In this document: positions 1-9,012 of the stretch, in pieces
How the letters are laid out: each line of letters starts with the position of its first letter
Position numbering within the stretch: the stretch's first letter is position 1
Virus record (IMG/VR): IMGVR_UViG_3300023171_000010
Span: 1 to 64,000 of that record
DNA from: a virus
Taxonomy: Duplodnaviria > Heunggongvirae > Uroviricota > Caudoviricetes
Length of the DNA: 64,000 nt
Strand: one strand, 5' to 3'
The notes under the pieces: model-generated
Told to the model about the DNA's origin: nothing
Database searches by the model: none
What the model saw: the letters and a program-made list of their open reading frames with translations, nothing else
Translations under genes and position numbers: made by a program

Positions 1-30
1 GAAACTAAATATTTATAAATAAGGAGTTGT

Positions 31-2253
31 ATGAATACCGCTGGCAAAAATATGATGAGTCAATCAAAGTTTTACATGGGTTACTCTCGTTGGGATGAAG
101 TTAAGGGTGGATATGAAACTTGGGATCAATCAGTTTCTCGTGTAATGAATATGCATCGTCAGAAGTATGCCTCTGTTATGACACCAGAACTTGAAGAATA
201 TATCTCTTTTGCAGAACAAGCTTATAAAGATAAAGCTGTATTGGGGGCACAACGAGCACTTCAATTTGGTGGTGAACAACTGTTTAAACACGAAGCTCGT
301 ATGTACAATTGCTCTGTATCTCATTGTGATCGTGCAGCATTCTTTCAAGAGTGTATGTATCTTCTGTTGTGTGGTTGTGGTGTTGGCTTCTCAGTTCAAT
401 CACATCACATCGCTAAACTACCAAAAGTACATAAGCGTTACGAAAAGAAAGTAAAAGTGTTTCAAGTTCCAGATACAATTGAGGGGTGGGCAGATGCGTT
501 TGGTGTATTGTTCAGTAGCTACTTTGTAGATGGTGGAACGTTCCCTGATTATAAAGGCTGTCAAGTACACTTTGACTTCAACAAGATTCGACCTAAAGGA
601 GCTTTAATTAGTGGTGGGTTTAAAGCTCCAGGCCCTGATGGTTTGCGTAGTGCGTTGGTTAAGTGTGAAGCGTTGCTAGAAGCATTAGTTGAGGGTAAAA
701 CAGAAGGTGTTAGCGTTCCTACCATCACAGCCTATGACTTTGTTATGCACATGTCTGACGCAGTTTTGAGTGGTGGTGTTCGCCGGTCTGCAACCATTTG
801 TATGTTTGATAAAGATGATGAGTTGATGTTGAAGGCTAAGACTGGTGACTGGTTTGTTGATAACCCTCAACGTGGTCGTAGTAACAACTCTGTAATGCTT
901 GTTCGTGATGAATTAAGTCGTGAAGAGTGGGCAAACATTATGAAGTCTGTTAAAGACTTTGGTGAACCCGGTTTTATCTTTACAGAGAATAAAGAGTTCT
1001 GTTTCAACCCTTGCGTAGAAATTGGTATGTTGCCAGTTGCTGAGAATGGAGAATCAGGCTTTCAATTCTGTAATTTGACGGAAATTAATGGAGGGCAGTG
1101 TGTAGATAAGGAATCGTTCTTCCGAGCTTGTAAAGCTGGGGCAATCCTTGGCACTCTTCAGGCTGGCTACTCTAACTTCAAATATCTGTCTGATGCTACA
1201 CGTCGAATCACAGAGAAAGAAGCGCTGCTTGGGGTGAGTATTACAGGTTGGATGAATAATCCTGATGTCTTGTTTGATCCCCAGAACATGATTGATGGTG
1301 CAACAGTTGTTAAAGATATTAATTCTGTTGTTGCTATTCTTCTTGGGATTAATCAAGCAGCACGAACTACAGCAGTAAAACCCAGTGGTAACGCTTCTGT
1401 TGTTCTTGGTACAGCTTCAGGTATTCACGGAGAACATAGTCCTAAATACCTTCGTAATGTACAGATGAACGTAGGAGATGAAGTTACTAGGATCATTACT
1501 AAGACTAACCCTAAAATGGTTGAGCCTAGTGTTTGGAGTAGTAATGGGACAGATGTTGTAGTTAGCTTCCCTGTTGAAAGTAAAGAAGGTAGTATTTACA
1601 AATCTGATTTGATGGGCGTGAAACAGCTTGACTATGTTAAGACTGCTCAGCAATATTGGATTGAACATGGTACGAATTACGAGTTGTGTGTTGACCCCGA
1701 TCTTCGTCATAATGTAAGCAACACTATTACAGTTGATGATTGGGATGAAGTTGAGGAATACATTTACAACAACCGTAAATGGTTTGCTGGTATTTCCCTT
1801 CTCAGTTCTATGGGTGATCGTGCGTATGCTCAAGCTCCATTCACTGAAGTGTTTACAGCACAACAAATTCTTGATATGTATGGCGACAGCTCAATGTTTG
1901 CATCTGGCTTGATTGTTGGTGCATTGCAAGCATTTGGTAACAACTTGTGGATGGCATGTGATACAGCTCTCGGGTTCGGATTGAAGCTTGATCCAGAAGA
2001 CTCTAGTGATTTGCTGAAACGTGATTGGGTACGCCGTATTAAGAAGTTTGCAGAAAAGAACTTTGATGGAGATGTTATGAAACTTACTTTTATGTTGAAG
2101 GATTGTCATAACCTTCACAAATGGGTTAGTATTAATACAAATTTTGTTGACGTAGACTTCTCTAAAGACTTGTCTCAACAGAGCTACACAGATGTAGATA
2201 CTATGGGGGCTGTCGGCTGTAATGGCGGCGTGTGTGAGATTGTCTTCAACTGA
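31..2253 (+). CDS. ribonucleotide reductase large-subunit-like protein (class II/B12-type candidate)
   Basis: 740-aa ORF with AAGGAG RBS upstream; RNR-like thiyl-radical loop motifs FNPCVEI and CNLTEI plus conserved Cys pairs; class assignment uncertain. Confidence 0.55.
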   Translation: MNTAGKNMMSQSKFYMGYSRWDEVKGGYETWDQSVSRVMNMHRQKYASVMTPELEEYISFAEQAYKDKAVLGAQRALQFGGEQLFKHEARMYNCSVSHCDRAAFFQECMYLLLCGCGVGFSVQSHHIAKLPKVHKRYEKKVKVFQVPDTIEGWADAFGVLFSSYFVDGGTFPDYKGCQVHFDFNKIRPKGALISGGFKAPGPDGLRSALVKCEALLEALVEGKTEGVSVPTITAYDFVMHMSDAVLSGGVRRSATICMFDKDDELMLKAKTGDWFVDNPQRGRSNNSVMLVRDELSREEWANIMKSVKDFGEPGFIFTENKEFCFNPCVEIGMLPVAENGESGFQFCNLTEINGGQCVDKESFFRACKAGAILGTLQAGYSNFKYLSDATRRITEKEALLGVSITGWMNNPDVLFDPQNMIDGATVVKDINSVVAILLGINQAARTTAVKPSGNASVVLGTASGIHGEHSPKYLRNVQMNVGDEVTRIITKTNPKMVEPSVWSSNGTDVVVSFPVESKEGSIYKSDLMGVKQLDYVKTAQQYWIEHGTNYELCVDPDLRHNVSNTITVDDWDEVEEYIYNNRKWFAGISLLSSMGDRAYAQAPFTEVFTAQQILDMYGDSSMFASGLIVGALQAFGNNLWMACDTALGFGLKLDPEDSSDLLKRDWVRRIKKFAEKNFDGDVMKLTFMLKDCHNLHKWVSINTNFVDVDFSKDLSQQSYTDVDTMGAVGCNGGVCEIVFN

Positions 2254-2261
2254 GGTATAAC

Positions 2262-2453
2262 ATGGACTACGTAGAGCTAATGGAAAAGGTTTGTACACAA
2301 TCCAACGTGACTCACTCTTGCCCTCAATGTGAAATGCCAGTTCGATGCGACATTATGCTAGGTAAGAACGTGTGCTGGTGTTTCAGCGTACAGAGCAAAG
2401 GGTTAGAGATGAATGACGTTTGTATGTGTAAAAACTGCCTCAGTAAATCCTAA
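2262..2453 (+). CDS. Cys-rich small protein (possible zinc-ribbon)
   Basis: 63 aa, CPQC...C..C..C pattern, tightly packed after RNR gene. Confidence 0.35.
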   Translation: MDYVELMEKVCTQSNVTHSCPQCEMPVRCDIMLGKNVCWCFSVQSKGLEMNDVCMCKNCLSKS

Positions 2454-2462
2454 AAATATTGT

Positions 2463-2490
2463 TTGACAGGCACTCTCAATGTGCTATCCT
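2463..2490 (+). promoter_or_regulatory. sigma70-like promoter candidate (TTGACA-16bp-TATCCT)
   Basis: TTGACA at 2463-2468, 16-nt spacer, TATCCT at 2485-2490, followed by GGAG RBS and ATG at 2550. Confidence 0.3.
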
Positions 2491-2549
2491 TAGCCTCATC
2501 GGAGCAGAAATGTTCCATGAGGCTTTTCTTTCATCTGGAGATTGACAAA

Positions 2550-2711
2550 ATGAGTGAAGACGATGTAATTCCATATATTGGTAAGAAAGAAAACAGTCAG
2601 ATTATGCTTTTGGCTGAAGAAGCTGGCGGTGCAAGAGTAGCTGAAAATATTATTCAAATGACAGAACAAGACCTTGAAAGGTTTATCTATTTTGTTAACG
2701 AGGGTTATTGA
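2550..2711 (+). CDS. hypothetical small acidic protein
   Basis: GGAG RBS then ATG (MSEDDVIPY...); the track ORF starting at 2463 is probably a 5' over-extension. Confidence 0.3.
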   Translation: MSEDDVIPYIGKKENSQIMLLAEEAGGARVAENIIQMTEQDLERFIYFVNEGY

Positions 2712-2992
2712 TAATGAATAAAGAAAGCCTAATTCCTTGGGATGTTATTATTGAAATCCTAAACAAATACCAATCCTACAATCCGGGACATGCATCAGAA
2801 CGTGTTAACAAGTTTGTCAATGATGAGATTTATGAGTGGGTTAATAGCCAACCAACTGCTGTAGATGAGAAAGGACAAATGCTGGAAGTCCTTGATGACC
2901 TTAGGTATAATGTGAACTCTAGGCATACAGATGTAAATGAGGCGCTTGGGAATATCTATAAACTGCTCGACTATTTGGTTAGGAAGGAATAA
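2708..2992 (+). CDS. hypothetical protein
   Basis: 94-aa ORF, ATGA overlap with upstream gene. Confidence 0.4.
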   Translation: MIMNKESLIPWDVIIEILNKYQSYNPGHASERVNKFVNDEIYEWVNSQPTAVDEKGQMLEVLDDLRYNVNSRHTDVNEALGNIYKLLDYLVRKE

Positions 2993-2994
2993 GT

Positions 2995-3159
2995 ATGTCT
3001 CATAATGCAGAGAAAAGAAGTCAAGCTTTAGCAATTAGGTGCTATAAACTTCGTGAAGAGGGGCTGACAATATCTGAGATTGCTGATTTAGTAGGGATAG
3101 ACAGAGCTAAAGTATTTACACGTATTATTCTTGGTAAACGGTTGAAGAGTTTGAAATGA
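2995..3159 (+). CDS. small HTH-type DNA-binding protein
   Basis: 54 aa, LTISEIADLVGIDRAKV resembles a helix-turn-helix; AGGAAGGAAT RBS. Confidence 0.35.
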   Translation: MSHNAEKRSQALAIRCYKLREEGLTISEIADLVGIDRAKVFTRIILGKRLKSLK

Positions 3160-3389
3160 AACCTTTACCACCTAAAGCTCCATCAATGCGGACTTACAAG
3201 TCATCATCCCGGAGACTTAGCCTAATTGCTTTTATTGCCTTTGTATTGGCTTTTGGTATAGGCATTGGCATGCACATACATTAATAGAACTAGACTATAG
3301 AACCTGCCATTCCGATAGAATAAAATCTATTGCACAAGCTCTTTCTTTTGGTTAAAATAAAGCATGAAGTTAAACAAAGGAGTATAAAA

Positions 3390-3572
3390 ATGAATTGCCC
3401 AGACTACAGAGCTGATCTACGAGTACGTTGTCTAATCCCAACTGACTCTAATTTTACAAAGCATGAGATTTATGAATGCTTTAGTATCAGCAGCAGAGGT
3501 ACTGCAAAAGTTATAGATGATGAAAGGGATGAAAACTACCTTTTAATTGATGAATATGAAATTGTGGAGTAA
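3390..3572 (+). CDS. hypothetical protein
   Basis: AAGGAG RBS at 3375-3380, ATG 3390. Confidence 0.35.
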   Translation: MNCPDYRADLRVRCLIPTDSNFTKHEIYECFSISSRGTAKVIDDERDENYLLIDEYEIVE

Positions 3573-3577
3573 GGCTT

Positions 3578-3757
3578 ATGTATGATTTTTATGATTTTGA
3601 CATTGATTGTGAGATAAGCGGTTGCTCAGAATACAATAAAGAGCTTAATAACTACATCGTTCGGTTGAACTTTCGAGAGACCGTGTCTTTTGCTGAACTC
3701 ACAAAGCAAGATTTGATCTACTTAATTAAACAAATTGAAGAGGCAGAGGATCGATGA
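3578..3757 (+). CDS. hypothetical acidic protein
   Basis: 59-aa ORF read directly from the sequence (below the track cutoff), RBS AAGG. Confidence 0.3.
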   Translation: MYDFYDFDIDCEISGCSEYNKELNNYIVRLNFRETVSFAELTKQDLIYLIKQIEEAEDR

Positions 3758-3894
3758 TTACAGACAACGGGACAGATTGGAGTATTCAAGGTAATGCAGT
3801 TATTATCTATCATCAACAAGAGGAAGCCCCTCTGTGGCTGAGTAAGGAAGATCTTGAAGAAATGTTGAGGAAGGTAGAAGGAGAGATTAAGTGA
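3754..3894 (+). CDS. hypothetical protein
   Basis: 46-aa ORF, ATGA overlaps on both sides. Confidence 0.3.
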   Translation: MITDNGTDWSIQGNAVIIYHQQEEAPLWLSKEDLEEMLRKVEGEIK

Positions 3895-4100
3895 TTAACT
3901 GGACTAATGTAAATGATCAACTGCCTCTAAGTGATGGTCACTATCTGATTATTACAATTGTAGGTTTTGTTGATATCCAGGCAGCGACATACTATTCAGC
4001 GTGCCATTATGGCTCAGGTCATTTTGTAGTCGATGGTATGATTGTTGATGCTACTTATTGGTCTGAAGCTAATTTTCCAGAGGAGTATGTAAATGATTAG
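3891..4100 (+). CDS. DUF551-like phage protein (paralog 1)
   Basis: MINWTNVNDQLP...GHYLI pattern (W..P..G.YL) recalled for DUF551; tandem with the next ORF. Confidence 0.4.
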   Translation: MINWTNVNDQLPLSDGHYLIITIVGFVDIQAATYYSACHYGSGHFVVDGMIVDATYWSEANFPEEYVND

Positions 4101-4296
4101 TTGGAGCAGCTGTGCAGAAGAAATGCCATCCACTGTAGGAGACTACTTGATTTGCTATGAAGTCTTTGGTTATCAACATGTTGATATTGGATATATCACT
4201 GACGATGAATTTATGATTAAGTTTGATGATGGTTATCTAGAAGTAAACGCCACCCATTGGGCAGAACTTAACAAACCGAGCCCAACTAATGACTAA
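4093..4296 (+). CDS. DUF551-like phage protein (paralog 2)
   Basis: MISWSSCAEEMP..GDYLI, same architecture as the upstream ORF. Confidence 0.4.
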   Translation: MISWSSCAEEMPSTVGDYLICYEVFGYQHVDIGYITDDEFMIKFDDGYLEVNATHWAELNKPSPTND

Positions 4297-4489
4297 CTTG
4301 CATAAGCAATATACAATGGAAGACGTAGAAAGGTTACAGTGGGTTGTTCAGGCCGCTCATGTCTACGTGGTGAAAGTAGATGGTCTATCCTATGAGGCTG
4401 CACAAGACTTTGCAGAAAGTATTTTTGACATCTATTCTGACTGGACTCCCACGGATGCAGTTGAAGAAGATTTGAGTTATTGGGTTTAG
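4289..4489 (+). CDS. hypothetical protein
   Basis: 66-aa ORF in the operon series. Confidence 0.4.
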   Translation: MTNLHKQYTMEDVERLQWVVQAAHVYVVKVDGLSYEAAQDFAESIFDIYSDWTPTDAVEEDLSYWV

Positions 4490-4502
4490 AGGGGATAAAA
4501 AT

Positions 4503-4775
4503 ATGAAAATACATTATGAGATAGTATTCTCAGAGCCTGATGAATCTGATCCCGAAGGGTGGTCTGAGGTGGCATGCAGAATGCATGGAGTTGATAAGCT
4601 AACTAAATATGAAGATCAAGTTACTTGTAAGAATTGTCTGAAAGTTATTCAAAAGAGATTTATTAGTAGTCTTGTAGAAGTTGGTAACAGTGTTGGCGGA
4701 ATAAAAATGACTGGCAACAAAACAGAGAATCAAAAACTAATCCTTGAACTATTGGAAGAGACTAAAGTTAAATGA
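4503..4775 (+). CDS. hypothetical protein (CxxC-containing)
   Basis: 90 aa, CKNC motif, GGGG RBS. Confidence 0.4.
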   Translation: MKIHYEIVFSEPDESDPEGWSEVACRMHGVDKLTKYEDQVTCKNCLKVIQKRFISSLVEVGNSVGGIKMTGNKTENQKLILELLEETKVK

Positions 4776-5110
4776 ACATAACACAAATGGGTTTCCTACA
4801 AAAACTGATCAATATTCTTCAGGAGTGTGAAGAGAACGGTCTTACATTTTCCCATACACACCTTCGCTTAGATATTGAAGATGATGAGAGTCATTATCTA
4901 GAAAATCTTTCTTCTGATAAACTCTCAAATCTACTAAACTTCATTGATGGGTGTGGAGTTTTTAAATCTGATGAACCACCTCCTGAGCTAGAAAATCTAC
5001 CAACATCAGGAGCACATATTGATTATGACGACGGAAGTAGTGTTGGTGATCATAGCTGCACAATTGAAATTAAAGACGGTGTAGTAACGAAGTGGGAGGT
5101 TACCAAATGA
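4772..5110 (+). CDS. hypothetical acidic protein
   Basis: 112-aa ORF, ATGA overlap. Confidence 0.4.
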   Translation: MNITQMGFLQKLINILQECEENGLTFSHTHLRLDIEDDESHYLENLSSDKLSNLLNFIDGCGVFKSDEPPPELENLPTSGAHIDYDDGSSVGDHSCTIEIKDGVVTKWEVTK

Positions 5111-5328
5111 ACACCACAGGCCCGATGATAGACATCGCTGCCACACTCTTCCTCTTAGCCACAGTAATGCTAGGTGGCTATCTCTGGCTTGATTGGAAGA
5201 AGTCTCAGATTGAAGGTGGTGTGAGTGTAATTGAACAGAAGCAACAAGTGATTATTAAGAGTCTGAAGGATTTGGAAAAGTCTTTCGAGGTCAGTGTTAA
5301 GACAACTAATTTGGAGGAAACGAAATGA
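5092..5328 (+). CDS. small membrane protein
   Basis: 78 aa with one hydrophobic helix (IAATLFLLATVMLGGYLWL). Confidence 0.4.
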   Translation: MGGYQMNTTGPMIDIAATLFLLATVMLGGYLWLDWKKSQIEGGVSVIEQKQQVIIKSLKDLEKSFEVSVKTTNLEETK

Positions 5329-5498
5329 TAATCTGGGCAGTTTTACTTCTTGCAATTGGTGGAGTATGTGTGTATAAATCTAAACAGGCTCCTATGACTA
5401 AAGAAGAACAGGAGTATGAGCTAGAGGTTGTGAGTAAACGAGGAAACAGCTTTTTGACCAACACAACTAAACATAAACCTTACAACGGAGTAGAATGA
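5325..5498 (+). CDS. small membrane protein
   Basis: 57-aa ORF read directly from the sequence (MIIWAVLLLAIGGVCVY...), ATGA overlap. Confidence 0.3.
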   Translation: MIIWAVLLLAIGGVCVYKSKQAPMTKEEQEYELEVVSKRGNSFLTNTTKHKPYNGVE

Positions 5499-5499
5499 T

Positions 5500-5820
5500 A
5501 TGAGTATCTATTTAGCATGGAGTGTTTACAAACTTATTGGTGTTTGTGCATTTATTGTAGCTATTACAGGTATTTTGCTTTATACTGGTAAGTACCAAGA
5601 CAGCATTAAAAATTACAAAAAGGTTAGCTTAATTATTGGTGTTGTTTTACTCTTTATTACTCTTCTATCAGCATTCAACATTGGGGAGCGCCAACAAGAG
5701 CTTGGTCGGTCTAGTTTTAATGCTTCTGCACCAGAAAGTGTTGACAAGATCGGATCACAACGTCAAGATATCCAATCTGTAAAGGATTCATTTGAAAAAG
5801 CTGTAAAACGTACAAACTAA
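5500..5820 (+). CDS. membrane protein, two predicted TM helices
   Basis: 106 aa with two hydrophobic segments. Confidence 0.4.
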   Translation: MSIYLAWSVYKLIGVCAFIVAITGILLYTGKYQDSIKNYKKVSLIIGVVLLFITLLSAFNIGERQQELGRSSFNASAPESVDKIGSQRQDIQSVKDSFEKAVKRTN

Positions 5821-5842
5821 TTTTAAACCAAGGAGATACACA

Positions 5843-6688
5843 ATGAAGAAGATGTTCGCTGTTGTTGCAATTGCTTTATCCATGACTGGCTGTGGTTATT
5901 ACACAGTTCCCCCAGCAGCAAAGGGTAAGATTCTAAGCACCACTGGATATTCACCAGATGTAAAAGAAACCGGTAAGTATCTGTTGTGGGGTCGTGATGA
6001 AATGGTTGTTCTTGACACCAGCACTCAGACTTACGGGGAGGCTATTTCTGTCAAGATGCAAGACAATCTTGACTTAAAGTTTGTTGTCAAGTTCCGTACT
6101 CGTATTGCTGGCGATGATAAAGTAATCAATGCTATGTTCAACGACATCAAGCATGAGGCTTACCAAGTAACCCTTCCAATGGTGTATAAAGTATACGGTC
6201 AAGACGTTGTACAATCTGTAGCTCGTAGTGTCGTAGGTAAGTATTCTACTGAGGAAGTAGCTGCAAATTTTGATAAGATTACAGCAGACCTATACTCTCA
6301 ACTGACTGCTAAAATGAAAGGTAGTCCTCTTGAGATGTCCAATATTACATTGGCTAATCTTGACTACCCTGATACTGTAGATCAAGCATATAATGCTCAA
6401 GCTGAACGTAAGCTTCAGATTGAAACAGAGGCTAACCAACAAGCTGTAGCAATGGTTAAGAAGACAAACGAACTCAAACTTGCTGAGGCTAACTATGCAA
6501 TTGAAATGAAGAAAGCTGAAACTCTTCGTGACACTAACGCAACTACCAGTGCTGGCTTAAGTGATAAGTTGCTGGCTTACCGGGCTCTAGAAGTACAAGA
6601 GAAGATGGCTGAGAATAAAGCCGCTATCTTTGTACCTTATGAGTCGCTAAGTAATACTGGCCTGAGTAATCGGATGTTCAATAAGTAA
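5843..6688 (+). CDS. SPFH/band-7 (prohibitin-like) domain lipoprotein
   Basis: Signal peptide with lipobox LSMTGC; SPFH-like core followed by a coiled coil; AAGGAG RBS. Confidence 0.5.
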   Translation: MKKMFAVVAIALSMTGCGYYTVPPAAKGKILSTTGYSPDVKETGKYLLWGRDEMVVLDTSTQTYGEAISVKMQDNLDLKFVVKFRTRIAGDDKVINAMFNDIKHEAYQVTLPMVYKVYGQDVVQSVARSVVGKYSTEEVAANFDKITADLYSQLTAKMKGSPLEMSNITLANLDYPDTVDQAYNAQAERKLQIETEANQQAVAMVKKTNELKLAEANYAIEMKKAETLRDTNATTSAGLSDKLLAYRALEVQEKMAENKAAIFVPYESLSNTGLSNRMFNK

Positions 6689-6702
6689 ATTTGAGATAAA
6701 AG

Positions 6703-6737
6703 AAAGCCCAGCAATCCATTTAGGAGGCTGGGCTTTG
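6703..6737. terminator. bidirectional intrinsic terminator between convergent units
   Basis: 9-bp stem AAAGCCCAGC...GCTGGGCTTT flanked by T-rich DNA on the - side. Confidence 0.4.
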
Positions 6738-6809
6738 AAGTATCTAAGATAAGGTTAATGGCGTAACCTCAAATGTCTGCTAGGGCAGTACTTATTTTTA
6801 TTCTTTCTC

Positions 6810-7163
6810 TCAAGGCAGAAGAGTATTAATCACTGCATTAGAGTTATTATTGTTGATGATCTTAGGTGCCAGTTTATTCTGCTGTTCAAGTTTATCCATA
6901 CGTTTCTCAAGGATATACATTTTATTACTTGTACTTACCTGATAACTGTCTTGAATTTCAGCTAGAGTATTAATCCTACCTTCAATGTAAGTTACATTAC
7001 TTGCTGTAACCTTCTTACTTTCTTGCCTGAACTCTTCCAGTTTCAAACTAAAAGTATTCCTTTCATCCCCAGTTTTATTATTATTGAAGATGATACTAAT
7101 CATCAATATCAAAAGAACCAAGGTCATGAGATGAACAAACCTTTCTATAATCACCCAGACCAT
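6810..7163 (-). CDS. type II membrane coiled-coil protein (lysis-associated?)
   Basis: N-terminal TM helix then coiled coil; sits at the end of the lysis cassette. Confidence 0.4.
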   Translation of the reverse strand: MVWVIIERFVHLMTLVLLILMISIIFNNNKTGDERNTFSLKLEEFRQESKKVTASNVTYIEGRINTLAEIQDSYQVSTSNKMYILEKRMDKLEQQNKLAPKIINNNNSNAVINTLLP

Positions 7164-7175
7164 GTACCAATCTCC

Positions 7176-7493
7176 CTATCGACCACTCTTAGCTTTATCA
7201 AAGTAAAACTGGAATTGTCTGAGAATATCTTGCTGATTACTATCAACTCTCTGTGCTAAACTTGAGAAACCCGCATCCATACGAGAGTTAGTTCTAACCT
7301 CAAATTCACGCATGTCAGACTTACCGACCTTGTCCATTTGTAGGAGAATGATTTTATCATTAGCATCCTTTACGTCTTTGCTCACACTTTGATAGCTCAT
7401 GAACATCACTGACACACAAATACCTAGCAGAGCAATACATGCCCGCTCAATAAGGTTGTTCATCCTTGTATTAGCATCACTTGGGCTTGACAT
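7176..7493 (-). CDS. membrane protein (lysis-associated; antiholin/spanin-like?)
   Basis: AGGAGG RBS 9 nt upstream of ATG at 7493 (MSSPSD...); one TM helix. Confidence 0.4.
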   Translation of the reverse strand: MSSPSDANTRMNNLIERACIALLGICVSVMFMSYQSVSKDVKDANDKIILLQMDKVGKSDMREFEVRTNSRMDAGFSSLAQRVDSNQQDILRQFQFYFDKAKSGR

Positions 7494-7764
7494 TATAAAG
7501 AGCCTCCTGCGCTTTCTTGTTCTGTTTAATCTTATCCATTTGCTTTTGCCACATAGCAATGCAGCCTGTATTCTTGCTGTATGCTACAGCCAAATCCATC
7601 ACGCTCTCACCTGACGGGCTTGCCTTGCAGGGGTACACTAGGAGGCTGTCCGGTGGTCCCACATATACTGTCTTCGGGGCTTGCAATGCAGTAGGCTGAG
7701 TCGAGCAAGAGACGCAAATCAAGAGAAAGCAACTCAGAACCATAAATTGTAGTAGTTTTCGCAT
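7477..7764 (-). CDS. o-spanin-like outer-membrane lipoprotein
   Basis: Signal peptide with Cys cluster (LLICVSCS), Pro-rich mature part; overlaps the i-spanin 3' end out of frame, as Rz/Rz1 pairs do. Confidence 0.45.
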   Translation of the reverse strand: MRKLLQFMVLSCFLLICVSCSTQPTALQAPKTVYVGPPDSLLVYPCKASPSGESVMDLAVAYSKNTGCIAMWQKQMDKIKQNKKAQEALYNVKPK

Positions 7765-8092
7765 TTTTATTTGTCTCTGTTTCGGAGGGTGCTATTGCAA
7801 CTCCTGTCTTGAGTTTATTTATTTTAACAACTAGGTTATCAATCTTGTCTCTAACCTCTTGTTTCTCAGCTAAGGATTCAACCACTGAGGTGTCATCAAT
7901 CTTACAAGAAGAATCCTTAAGTTCGGCGTCCTTTTGATACCCTAGAATCGCGTTATTAGCATCTTTAAGCTGAGATACTGCTACAGCCTTATCGTTGCTC
8001 AAACTATACGAAAGATAGCCAAAGCCTACTGTTGAAGCTAACAAGGCTAGGATGATGTAGAGGGTGGCACCAGAGAATAGGTTACTGAACAT
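7607..8092 (-). CDS. i-spanin-like protein (N-terminal TM + coiled coil)
   Basis: 161 aa, TM helix at residues 10-30 then helical periplasmic domain; adjacent to holin and endolysin. Confidence 0.5.
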   Translation of the reverse strand: MFSNLFSGATLYIILALLASTVGFGYLSYSLSNDKAVAVSQLKDANNAILGYQKDAELKDSSCKIDDTSVVESLAEKQEVRDKIDNLVVKINKLKTGVAIAPSETETNKNAKTTTIYGSELLSLDLRLLLDSAYCIASPEDSICGTTGQPPSVPLQGKPVR

Positions 8093-8426
8093 TTTCCTTA
8101 TCCTCTTCTGGCTGCCACAACTTATGTTGTTTAATCATCCTGAAGACAGCAGCTGAGACGTTGAGCACGAACATACATGTCCCATATGCAGCTACAGACA
8201 TTGTAGGTTCAAGGAGAGAAAAGAATGGAAGAATGATTTCAACCAGCGACAACAAGGCAGACAATACAGTAGTCCAAAAGGAATAGGTCTTGAGAACCTT
8301 CTTCCAGTTGGGCACTAAAGCCAGTTTAGTAGGAGTAGACGACAGGGTAGAAGTGATAGTTGCTTCAACAGATGTATCTTTTGTGATAGGTATTACAGGA
8401 TCTTCAACTTTTACTGAATCGTTCAT
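8082..8426 (-). CDS. holin candidate
   Basis: 114 aa with 2-3 TM helices and a charged C-terminus; between endolysin and spanins. Confidence 0.45.
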   Translation of the reverse strand: MNDSVKVEDPVIPITKDTSVEATITSTLSSTPTKLALVPNWKKVLKTYSFWTTVLSALLSLVEIILPFFSLLEPTMSVAAYGTCMFVLNVSAAVFRMIKQHKLWQPEEDKENVQ

Positions 8427-9012
8427 AAGCTTCTTTCATCTTAATGTCGTATTTATTAGCAGCATAGCCCGGACCATTGTAGGCACGAGCTACACCAACC
8501 CAGTCTTTAGCTTTCAAAGCCCTCAAGACATTTGGGCTTGCTTTAACAAAACGAACAAAAAGATCGAGTTGACCTTCTTCTGTATAAGCCTTGTTCACAA
8601 ATTCTTGAACAGAATTAAAACCTAGAGCCTTCCAGTGCAGGCCAAGAATTTGAAACGATCCCCAAGAAGCACTTTCCAATGCTGATACACGATCAATCTT
8701 GATAGCCTTATCAAGACGTTCCCACTCAGCCAAACCCCCTTTGTAACCACCAGGAGATTCATTGACAATATCAGGATATTTAGCAGCCATATCTTTAGAT
8801 TTGATTGGAGTGAAATCTCTAAGCCTCTTAAACATGATATGACGTTCAAAGAGAATCTTAGGGACATTAGCACCTTTAGCGTCCTTGATGAAACCATATC
8901 CCTGACTCTCGATAGAAGCGACAGCCTTTACGGCTGCCTCCTCTACACCCAAGAGCTTTGCAGCTTCTGAATAGTTTGTCATATTATCCTTGGAATCCGT
9001 TATGTGCCACAT
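8404..9012 (-). CDS. endolysin, N-acetylmuramidase (DUF3380/PF11860-like)
   Basis: Motifs ILFERHIMFKRL and ASWGSFQILG recalled as typical of the muramidase family. Confidence 0.7.
   Translation of the reverse strand: MWHITDSKDNMTNYSEAAKLLGVEEAAVKAVASIESQGYGFIKDAKGANVPKILFERHIMFKRLRDFTPIKSKDMAAKYPDIVNESPGGYKGGLAEWERLDKAIKIDRVSALESASWGSFQILGLHWKALGFNSVQEFVNKAYTEEGQLDLFVRFVKASPNVLRALKAKDWVGVARAYNGPGYAANKYDIKMKEAYERFSKS

Noticed and set aside
8622-8897. 91-aa - strand ORF nested in the endolysin gene
   Set aside because: An alternative frame fully inside a gene with strong family motifs.
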